NCBI RefSeq assembly: GCF_000195755.1
Contig: NC_002937.3
Span: 3,420,001 to 3,452,000, forward strand
Source of the DNA: Nitratidesulfovibrio vulgaris str. Hildenborough
Lineage (GTDB): Bacteria > Desulfobacterota > Desulfovibrionia > Desulfovibrionales > Desulfovibrionaceae
Reading direction: 5' to 3'
DNA length: 32,000 nucleotides
The notes beneath the pieces are model-generated. The model saw only the letters and a list, made by a program, of their open reading frames with translations, did not search any database and was not told where the DNA came from. A program made the translations under genes and the position numbers. Positions 8,191-16,977 of the stretch are shown in pieces; position 1 is the stretch's first letter, and each line of letters begins with the position of its first letter.

Positions 8191-9288
8191 ATGCCTGAAC
8201 TGCCTGAAGTGGAAACCATCGCCTGCGGCTTGCGTCCGGCCCTTTCAGGGCGGCGCATCGTGGGTGTTACGGTGCACAACCCCGGCACGCTGGAAGGTCC
8301 GCTGTGCACACCTGCCGCCTTCACGGAGGCCGTGCAGGGGCAACGCATCGCGGATGTGGGACGGCGCGGCAAGCTGCTGCTTGTGGCGTTCGCGTCATTG
8401 CCACCTGTCGGCCACGCAGGACAACCGCGACCTGAAGGTCTCTCCTCTTCCACGGTTCGCGACTTCCTCGTCACGCACGGCTTTCATGCCGCAGGGTGCG
8501 CCACGTCAGTCCATGCCTGTGCCCCCCTTCTTGCGGACGGGCAACAGACACGGGGCCGTCTCGCGGGGCACGGCGATGGCATGGATGGCACATCGCGGAC
8601 GGGAAGCACCTTGCCCGGAACCGGAGGCACCGAAAACTCTGACGCTGTAGCCGTAGCGGATGACGACACCGTCCTCGGTCTCGCCTTCCACCTCAAGATG
8701 ACCGGACGCCTCTTCATCCACCCGCCCGCAACCCCGGCGGGTATCCACACCCGCGTGGTCTTCGACCTTGAAGGCGGCACTCGCCTCTTCTTCGATGACG
8801 CCCGCAAGTTCGGCTATGTGCGTTGCATCACCCGGCGCAGCCTTGCGCTGTGGCCTTTCTGGCGCGACCTCGGCCCCGAGCCCCTCGAGACTGAAGCGCG
8901 CGGCTTCGCGGCGCGGCTCGCCCGCAGGCGAGGGCGCATCAAGGCCCTGTTGCTCGACCAGAAGGTCGTGGCGGGGGTTGGCAACATCTATGCCGACGAG
9001 TCGCTGTTCCGTGCCGGCATCCGCCCCGACACGCAGGCCCATACCCTGACGCCGGAACGCCTCTTCGCCCTGCACGGGCATCTTCAGGATGTGCTGCGCG
9101 AGTCCATCGCCGAATGCGGCAGTTCCATCCGTGACTACCGCGATGCACACGGCGATGCGGGGGCCTTCCAGAACAGCTTCAGGGTCTACGGGCGGGGCGG
9201 GCAGCCTTGCCGTCACTGCGGCACGACTCTCGCCACGGCGCAGGTAGCAGGACGCACCACGGTCTTCTGCCCGCAGTGCCAACGGTGA
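8191..9288 (+). CDS. mutM: Formamidopyrimidine-DNA glycosylase (Fpg/MutM) carrying a 92-aa internal insertion
   Basis: The N-terminus is the catalytic MPELPEVET. H2TH-region motifs are present (LLDQKVVAGVGNIYADESLFRAGI), and the C-terminal zinc finger is CRHCGTTL...CPQCQR. At 365 aa it is well above the usual ~270 aa. Confidence 0.92.
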   Translation: MPELPEVETIACGLRPALSGRRIVGVTVHNPGTLEGPLCTPAAFTEAVQGQRIADVGRRGKLLLVAFASLPPVGHAGQPRPEGLSSSTVRDFLVTHGFHAAGCATSVHACAPLLADGQQTRGRLAGHGDGMDGTSRTGSTLPGTGGTENSDAVAVADDDTVLGLAFHLKMTGRLFIHPPATPAGIHTRVVFDLEGGTRLFFDDARKFGYVRCITRRSLALWPFWRDLGPEPLETEARGFAARLARRRGRIKALLLDQKVVAGVGNIYADESLFRAGIRPDTQAHTLTPERLFALHGHLQDVLRESIAECGSSIRDYRDAHGDAGAFQNSFRVYGRGGQPCRHCGTTLATAQVAGRTTVFCPQCQR

Positions 9289-9559
9289 CAGGCCGAGTCG
9301 TCGATTCTGGAGTGTGAGGCGCAGGGTGCGGGAATGACGTGTCGCACGTCCCCCATCCGCCACGGGGGGGCAGCCCACGGCATCGGCAGACCGGCCCACG
9401 GCAGGACACATGCACGGCATGATGCCGTCCGCGTCTTGCCCTTGAAGGCTGGACTCCGGCAGAGCGCCAATGCAGCAGGAACAGCCAGCCGGAACGCAGT
9501 ACCCGGCGCCTCAAGGGCCGCGTGTTGCCCGTCCGTCAGCCTTCGTGCTGAGAGGCCCG

Positions 9560-12484
9560 TCACTCCCCGAAGGCCGACGTGTCCGCAGCCCCCCTGTCGC
9601 GACTCGTATCCAACGTCAACGGGCCTCGACCGCCGTCATCCCATCCCAGCATGATGCACCCGGCCTCCCCCGTGGTGCGTAGCGTCACGCCACGTTCAGC
9701 CAGCGCAGCCCGCACGGCTGCGACGGGAAAGCCATACCTGTTGTCCACACCGCAACTGGCGATGGCAAGGCGCGGGGCCACCGCATCATAGAAGGCGGGC
9801 AGCAGACTCGACGCAGACCCGTGGTGCGGCAGCACCAGCACCTCCGCCTTCAGCGGTGCGCCACTGCGCAGGATGTCTCGCAGGGCCGGGGCCTCGGCAT
9901 CACCGCACAACACCGCCAGCCCCCTGCCATCTCGCTCAAGACGCAACACCAGTGCCTTGTTGTTGCTCGACCCGCGATGCTTCTGCGGCGGGTGCAGCAC
10001 ACGCAACGCCAGTCCGTCACCGAGGGGCAGCACCTCACCAGCGTACATCGGGGTCGCCTCCATACCGGTGCGTGCCAGCACCCGGGAAAGGTCGCGGGCA
10101 TTGAGACCGCGCGGTGCGTCGCCATTGGTGGCGAACGCGTCCACGGCGAAACGGTCGAGGATGTGGATGAGACCGCGCAGATGGTCGGTGTCCGGATGGG
10201 TGTTGAGCACCATATCAAGGCGCGGCGAACGATTGGCAGTCAGCGCGGGGGCCACGAGGTCGCGTCCGGCGTCGAAACGGGGGGAGTTGAAGCCCCCGCC
10301 GTCCACCAGAAGCCGCCTGTCACCCGGAAGGTCGATGGCGATGGCCTGCCCCTGCCCCACATCGAGCACTGAGACCCGCACGGTGCCGTCCGTTGCGGCA
10401 TACAGCCGCAGCACCGGGCCCGCCAGAAGCAGGGCGAGGGCAAAGGGCAGCAGGCGTCTCGCCAGCGGCGGCAGGCACGGGGCAGCCGCCCTTGCCCCCG
10501 CCAAGAGGGTACCCGCGGGTGTCGCGCCATGAGGGGCATGATGCGAAGCCCTGCCACGGGCAGGGAAATGGAACAGCCGACCGGGCAACGAAGCGAACGC
10601 AACCACCAGCGCGCCGTACCCCAGTGCCGCCGTCCAGTGCGGGCGCAGCATGGCGGGCACGGCCAGCAGCCCCGCCCCCTCCATCCACTCCAGCAGCCAC
10701 ATCAACCCTTCACAGGGCAGGGCGGCCACCATGAGCAACGGCCCAGCCAGCGGGCGCGTGAGGTCGGCGGCTTCACACACAAGGCCCAACGCCCCCAGAG
10801 GCAGTACCACGAGGTCGGCGAAGGGCAGCCACAGCAGGTTGAGCGCGAACCACGGGCTGGCCCTGCCGAAGCCAATGAGTTGCACGGGAAGCAAGGCCAC
10901 CTGCACTGCCAGCGTGGTCAGGGCCATGAGCATCAGGGTACGCCGCACCCGCTGCCACACCCCATCGCGCAGCGTAGCGGTGTCGGGCCCTCCCGCATCG
11001 GAAATGCCCTCCGTGCCTGTGCTCAAGGTCCCTGTGCTTCCGGTCACGCCTGCCAGCGGTGGCGCGGTCCCCGGTCTGAAATTTCCATGATGACCGCCAC
11101 CGTGAAGCCACGCCGCGAAGGGCAGGCTGAGGGCGATGGACGCCACGGCGAGGGCCGAGAGTTGCAGACCGAGGTCGTACACCGCATCGGGGTCGAAGAG
11201 GAGGATGCAGCCCACGGCCCACAAGAGGCCGTCCAGCAGTACGCCGGGCCTGTCGGCAAGGGCCAGCACCGTCCAGAAAAGGAGCATGAGCGCGGCACGC
11301 ACCAGAGACGGCGGGGCATTCCCAAGCCAGAGGTACGCTGCGGCGGGCGGCAACGAAAGGACGAATAGCAGCTTGCGGCGCGGCAGGCGCAGGAAGACAC
11401 CGGGGGTGAACCGGCCGACCAGCAACACCGCCGCCCCCGCGAAGAGGCCCGCCACGGCGAGGTGCTGCCCCGAAAGCGCAAGACTGTGCAGGAGGTCGGT
11501 GCGGGCGAAGAGGTCGAGCATGGCGCTGTCGAGGTGGAACCTGTCGCCGAAGAGTATGGCCAGCAGCACACCGCCCCCGCGCGTGATGCCCTGCGGGCCG
11601 CCAAGCGTATCGACAAGCCTCTCCCGCAGCCATGCGCGCAGGGCCGCAGGGCCGGACGGCGCGCCCGTCACCTCGGCACGGGGCATGTCATCCCGGGCCC
11701 ATGCCCTGAAATGCGCGTCGCGGCGTTGCCAGTAGGCGGCACTGTCCTGACCGCCGGGGTTGGCGAAGCCACGCACCGGCTTCACGGCGAGGGTCGCCGT
11801 CACCGTCTGCCCGGTGAGGGGAAGCGCCACGGGGTGCTCCCATGTCCAGACAAGCCTTCCGGGTAGAGGCGGGGCAGGGGGGACGAGGGGGGCGGGCTGA
11901 ACGCCTCGTCCGGTCTCGCCGCCCATGGCGCGGACTTCGGGTGGCAGGTGCGAACCTGCGCGTGCGGTCTCCGGCTGTCCCGCCCCTTCGCCGCGTCCTG
12001 CCGCGTTCTCCGCCACGGTGGGCCTCGCGGGCCTGCTGTCCGCCCTGTCCTCACCCTCTGCAACGTCAACAGGCAGGCCTTCAGCCTCGCTACCGTCGCC
12101 TTCGTCCCCGGCGGTCACCACCGGAGACGCACCGCCTTCCGGAAACACGGGGTGCACGTCGCGCAGCATGATGCGAAGTCGGCCATCCGGCAGGCCATCC
12201 ACATCATCCACGATGCCCGTCACCCGCTGCGGCTTGCCCGTCACCCACGCCGGGGTGGGCGGCGTCTCGGGCAGGGCGGCGAGGGCCACGCCCCATCCGG
12301 CGGCATAGCACAGGCACAGCAGCACGAACCGTGCAGGGACGCGGGCGCGGGGCCAGTCTCCCGCCAGCAGCAGGGCGAACGCACACAGTGCCGGCAGGGG
12401 ATGTCGCGCCGCAAAAAGCCCACCGACCCACGCCAGCATGCACACCTGTCGGAAAAGCAGTGAAGGGGTACGGGCAAGGTTCAT
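9560..12484 (-). CDS. comEC: ComEC/Rec2-family DNA internalisation channel protein with a C-terminal metallo-beta-lactamase domain
   Basis: The 974-aa protein has N-terminal TMs and an OB-like segment, a polytopic competence domain (LLHSLALSGQHLAVAG), and a C-terminal MBL motif (LNTHPDTDHLRGL, LVLPHHGS). No clear SD precedes the ATG at 12484, so the start is approximate. Confidence 0.88.
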   Translation of the reverse strand: MNLARTPSLLFRQVCMLAWVGGLFAARHPLPALCAFALLLAGDWPRARVPARFVLLCLCYAAGWGVALAALPETPPTPAWVTGKPQRVTGIVDDVDGLPDGRLRIMLRDVHPVFPEGGASPVVTAGDEGDGSEAEGLPVDVAEGEDRADSRPARPTVAENAAGRGEGAGQPETARAGSHLPPEVRAMGGETGRGVQPAPLVPPAPPLPGRLVWTWEHPVALPLTGQTVTATLAVKPVRGFANPGGQDSAAYWQRRDAHFRAWARDDMPRAEVTGAPSGPAALRAWLRERLVDTLGGPQGITRGGGVLLAILFGDRFHLDSAMLDLFARTDLLHSLALSGQHLAVAGLFAGAAVLLVGRFTPGVFLRLPRRKLLFVLSLPPAAAYLWLGNAPPSLVRAALMLLFWTVLALADRPGVLLDGLLWAVGCILLFDPDAVYDLGLQLSALAVASIALSLPFAAWLHGGGHHGNFRPGTAPPLAGVTGSTGTLSTGTEGISDAGGPDTATLRDGVWQRVRRTLMLMALTTLAVQVALLPVQLIGFGRASPWFALNLLWLPFADLVVLPLGALGLVCEAADLTRPLAGPLLMVAALPCEGLMWLLEWMEGAGLLAVPAMLRPHWTAALGYGALVVAFASLPGRLFHFPARGRASHHAPHGATPAGTLLAGARAAAPCLPPLARRLLPFALALLLAGPVLRLYAATDGTVRVSVLDVGQGQAIAIDLPGDRRLLVDGGGFNSPRFDAGRDLVAPALTANRSPRLDMVLNTHPDTDHLRGLIHILDRFAVDAFATNGDAPRGLNARDLSRVLARTGMEATPMYAGEVLPLGDGLALRVLHPPQKHRGSSNNKALVLRLERDGRGLAVLCGDAEAPALRDILRSGAPLKAEVLVLPHHGSASSLLPAFYDAVAPRLAIASCGVDNRYGFPVAAVRAALAERGVTLRTTGEAGCIMLGWDDGGRGPLTLDTSRDRGAADTSAFGE

Positions 12485-12582
12485 GGCATGGCTACCCGGT
12501 GGCGGAGTTGGGGCCGAGGCTACGGGCGGGACCGGTGACGCAGGGCCGGAGGCACTCCGCCCCCAACCCGCAGGTACGGGAA

Positions 12583-12610
12583 GGGCCGCCCCGTATCACC
12601 GGTGCGGCCC
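12583..12610 (-). terminator. GC hairpin just downstream of the murA stop (possible terminator or attenuator; poor U-tract)
   Basis: GGGCCGC (12583-12589) pairs with GCGGCCC (12604-12610), 8 nt after the murA stop. The minus-strand tail TTCCCGT is only weakly T-rich. Confidence 0.3.
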
Positions 12611-12617
12611 TCGTTCA

Positions 12618-13871
<1,254 letters not shown>

Positions 13872-13916
13872 GTGTGGTTTCCTTGCGATGGTCGTTCGGT
13901 GCTATGCTGAAAACGC

Positions 13917-13946
13917 TTGACCCCGTCGGGGGGCAAGGTGTATATG
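13917..13946 (+). promoter_or_regulatory. Putative sigma70-type promoter for tRNA-His
   Basis: TTGACC (13917-13922), an 18-nt spacer, then TATATG (13941-13946), ending 15 nt before the tRNA. Confidence 0.5.
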
Positions 13947-13961
13947 CCGTCTCTCGCTTGT

Positions 13962-14038
13962 GGCGGATGTAGCTCAGCAGGTAGAGCACCTGGTTGTGGC
14001 CCAGGTGGCCGTGGGTTCAAGTCCCATCATTCGCCCCA
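13962..14038 (+). tRNA. tRNA-His (anticodon GTG), 77 nt including G-1 and encoded CCA
   Basis: G-GCGGATG TA GCTC AGCAGGTA GAGC A CCTGG TTGTGGC CCAGG TGGCC GTGGG TTCAAGT CCCAT CATTCGC C CCA. The extra 5' G opposite the discriminator C is the tRNA-His hallmark. Confidence 0.96.
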
Positions 14039-14052
14039 TTCCAAGCGTCTTC

Positions 14053-14079
14053 AGGCCCTGTTTCACAGGGCCTTTTTTT
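14053..14079 (+). terminator. Rho-independent terminator of tRNA-His
   Basis: AGGCCCTG-TTTCA-CAGGGCCT followed by a T7 run. Confidence 0.9.
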
Positions 14080-14822
14080 GCGCCCTGTGCATGGCCCCGC
14101 GGATGCGAAGGCAAAAGGCCGCGCCAGAGCGCGCCTGCATCGCACGGCATTCCATGATGTACGGCTATGGGGTGCAGCATTGTCGCCTCGTGCATCCCTG
14201 ACGTAAGGCGTGCAGGGGGAATGGCGGCACGCCGACGGGTCGCCGTGCCGCAGCGACGGAAGATACCTTGATGCCCTCCAAAACGAAAGCCCTGTGTGGG
14301 GCCAGATACGCGACAGGGCGTGAGTCGGGGCGTGATGCCCGAAGCCTCTCCGCACAAGCCCCCTGTATAACAGGGTGTTGCCCACGCAGTCCGGCGAGGG
14401 CGTCCTCTGAAAGCTTCGGCCATCCCTGCATACCGTAGGTGTCGGGCACCTCGGGTGGCGCGGCACGACACGCCAGACACGGCACATTGGCACCACACCA
14501 TGACGCCCGTTCCCAGACCGGCAGCACCCTGACCGTCCCGGCATGGTCCCCATGGCGAAGGCGTCCGGTGAATGCTCTGGCAAACACTTCCGGCACCGTC
14601 GCTGCATTGCCATGGCTGCCGAAGCTGGCTAGAACAGCTAAGGCTTCACCCTTCAAGATGGCACACCGCTGGCGACCACGATGCAACGGGCAAGGTCGCC
14701 GCCTCTGCGGCGCTTCTTCGTCCGGGGCCTCACGCCCATGCGGGAATCACGCCCGGAGCCTCCCAAGCCTGCCAGCCCGTGAACCGCGTGGAGCAGACAT
14801 CGACATCCCCAGCGAGGAGACC

Positions 14823-15596
14823 ATGCGCTACAGACTCGTCTCATGGAACGTCAACGGCTTCAGGGCCGTCAGCAGCAAGCCCGAATGGAACTGGTTCTCC
14901 ACCACCACGGCGGACGTGGTGGCCCTGCAGGAGACGAAGGCCGACCCCGCACAGGTGGGCGAGGAGCACCGTTCCCCTGATGGATGGCATGCGTGGTGGC
15001 TGCCCGCCACCGTCAAGAAGGGCTATTCGGGCGTGGCGGTCTTCAGTCGCCACACGCCCCTCGATGTGGCCTACGACCTGCCCGACGAACGCTTCCGCGG
15101 CGAGGGGCGCTGCCTGCACCTCACCTTCCCGGAGTTCCACTTCTTCAACATCTACTTCCCCAACGGGGGCATGGGCGAAGAGCGTCTGCGCTACAAGATG
15201 GGCTACTACGAGGCCTTTCTCGAACACGCCGAAACCCTGCGACGCGACAGGCCCATCGTGGTTTGCGGCGACTTCAACACCGCGCACAGGCCCATCGACC
15301 TTGCGCGCCCCAAGGAGAACGAGACGGTCTCGGGCTTTCTCCCTGAAGAGAGGGCGTGGATGGACCGCTTCGTGGCGGCGGGCTATGTGGATACGTTCCG
15401 GCATGTGCGGGGCGACGAGGCCGACCGGTACTCGTGGTGGTCGTACAAGACGCGCGCCCGCGCCCGTAATGTGGGGTGGCGCATCGACTACTTCTTCGTC
15501 TCCGAAGAGTTGCGCGGGGCCGTGCGCGATGCGTGGATAGAGATGGACGTGATGGGTTCGGACCACTGCCCCGTGGGTCTTGAACTGGAAGTCTGA
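14823..15596 (+). CDS. xthA: Exodeoxyribonuclease III (AP endonuclease, Xth family)
   Basis: MRYRLVSWNVNGFRA, LQETK, GDFNTAH and the C-terminal SDHCPV are Xth/EEP signatures. GAGGAGA lies 2-3 nt before the ATG at 14823. The 128-codon upstream extension in the track (from 14439) is not protein-like. Confidence 0.93.
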   Translation: MRYRLVSWNVNGFRAVSSKPEWNWFSTTTADVVALQETKADPAQVGEEHRSPDGWHAWWLPATVKKGYSGVAVFSRHTPLDVAYDLPDERFRGEGRCLHLTFPEFHFFNIYFPNGGMGEERLRYKMGYYEAFLEHAETLRRDRPIVVCGDFNTAHRPIDLARPKENETVSGFLPEERAWMDRFVAAGYVDTFRHVRGDEADRYSWWSYKTRARARNVGWRIDYFFVSEELRGAVRDAWIEMDVMGSDHCPVGLELEV

Positions 15597-15814
15597 CCCA
15601 CCCCCGACTCACCGGCCTTGTCAGGCGCACCGTCACGCACCCGACGTACCGGGTGCCTCGGCAACCTGCCTGCCGTGCAGCCCCGCCCGCCTGCAGCATA
15701 CCCCGCCCCCGACAAGGGAAACGTGGGACAGCCAGGGGATGCACTCGGGCGTCACGGAACACGCCGCACAGCCTTCACGGCGAGACGGGACACCCCGCCC
15801 AGACGGAAAATGAA

Positions 15815-15847
15815 GCGGCACGCCCCCATACCGGGAAGGCGTGCCGC
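15815..15847. terminator. Shared hairpin between the convergent xthA and the 64-aa ORF; a U-tract is present only for the minus-strand transcript
   Basis: GCGGCACGCC (15815-15824) pairs with GGCGTGCCGC (15838-15847). On the minus strand it is followed by TTCATTTTCC. Confidence 0.7.
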
Positions 15848-15858
15848 ACATGCTCCTG

Positions 15859-16053
15859 TTAACGGGCGTCGCTTTGGGCAGGTGCGGGGACGAGGGCCGC
15901 ATTCAGGGCGGCGTCGAGTGCCTCGACAAGGTCGGGGGCGATGTCCGGGTTGCCGTTGAGCAAGCGCACCACATCGGTCACCTTCGCCCCCGGCTGCACC
16001 GGAAGCCCCATCTCGCGCGCAAGGCGCAGCAATTCTTCAAGTCTCTCCTGCAT
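15859..16053 (-). CDS. Small hypothetical protein, 64 aa
   Basis: ATG at 16053 with AGAGG 7-8 nt upstream. 50 of 64 codons end in G/C by my count, which is coding-like. A terminator follows immediately downstream. The remainder of track ORF 15859..16815 is antisense to frdC and not credible. Confidence 0.6.
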   Translation of the reverse strand: MQERLEELLRLAREMGLPVQPGAKVTDVVRLLNGNPDIAPDLVEALDAALNAALVPAPAQSDAR

Positions 16054-16317
16054 ATCGCATACCTCTTTCTCGGTATCCCGCCTGCGGGGCCATCGGTCTG
16101 CCGCAGGCAAGCCTTTGGCATAGCCTCGGTTCCGACGAAATGCAAACCATGCCCCGCTGGTTTGGCACTCAACCAGATTTGACAGCCATGACGGTATGGT
16201 ACAAGGTGCATGATGCCGGAAAACGTCGGCTTCCGACACCTCTGGCGATGATACGATGACACCCTCGCAGCCGGGTGCCGAACCCGCTTGCGTACCATCT
16301 TCAGCAGGAGGCGATGC

Positions 16318-16968
16318 ATGGCTTCCCTTCCCCCTGTCGGCAAGACGGGAACAACGCGCTACGACGGCCTCTTCGACGTGGTGCAGATGCTCTCGGGGGC
16401 GTTTCTCGCCCTGTTCGTGTGTATGCACATGGTCTTCCTCTCCAGCGTACTCTTCGGCGCGGGGGCCATGGACGGGCTTTCCGCACTCTTCGAAGCCGTC
16501 CATGCCGAAGCCGTGGGCGGTGCCATCGTCGTTGCGGCCTTCGTGGCGCACATCGTCGCGGTAGGGCGCAAGATTCCCTTCCGCATGGCGGAATCGATCG
16601 TCATGTACCGCCACGCCCGGTTGTTGCACCACGCCGACACATGGCGATGGGTCGTACAGGTGCTGACGGCGCTGGTCCTGCTGCTCATGGTCACCGTGCA
16701 CATGTGGGAAGGGTTCATGGTCATGCCCGTGGCGGCGGGTACCAGTGCGGTTCGTGTGCAGCACGGGCCGTGGGGTTTCTTCTACCTCGCCCTGCTTCCG
16801 GTGCTGGTGCTGCACCTCGCCATCGGCGTGTGGCGACTCTCGGTCAAGTGGGGCGCGCTCGCATCAGCCGCGCGGCCCAAGGCCCGCCGCTGGGAACGCT
16901 GGTTCATCGGGGCCTTTCTGGGTCTCGCCCTGCTCACCCTCCTGCGTCTGTGGACGCTGCCCCTCTAG
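16318..16968 (+). CDS. frdC: Fumarate reductase, dihaem cytochrome b membrane subunit (Wolinella-type FrdC)
   Basis: It has five hydrophobic helices with four spaced His in helices (CMHMVF, VAHIVA, TVHMWE, LVLHLAI). It lies immediately upstream of frdA. AGGAGG lies 6 nt before the ATG at 16318. Confidence 0.8.
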   Translation: MASLPPVGKTGTTRYDGLFDVVQMLSGAFLALFVCMHMVFLSSVLFGAGAMDGLSALFEAVHAEAVGGAIVVAAFVAHIVAVGRKIPFRMAESIVMYRHARLLHHADTWRWVVQVLTALVLLLMVTVHMWEGFMVMPVAAGTSAVRVQHGPWGFFYLALLPVLVLHLAIGVWRLSVKWGALASAARPKARRWERWFIGAFLGLALLTLLRLWTLPL

Positions 16969-16977
16969 GAGAATCCG

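Noticed and set aside
13974-14686. Three overlapping minus-strand ORFs (173-198 aa) in the tRNA-His/xthA gap
   Set aside because: Two of them run through the tRNA-His gene and its terminator. The third starts at TTG and has poor codon bias (12 of the first 22 codons G/C-ending) and nine Cys. None has an RBS.
14439-14822. 128-codon N-terminal extension of xthA given in the ORF track
   Set aside because: The Xth family starts at MRYRLVSWNVNGF, and GAGGAGA lies directly upstream of that ATG. The extension is Ala/Arg/Ser/Pro-rich and has no homology-like features.
15859-16815. Full 318-aa minus-strand ORF, of which only the last 64 codons were kept
   Set aside because: The upstream 254 codons are antisense to frdC and His/Arg/Gly/Glu-rich. 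The RBS and a change in codon bias support only the 64-aa C-terminal ORF.
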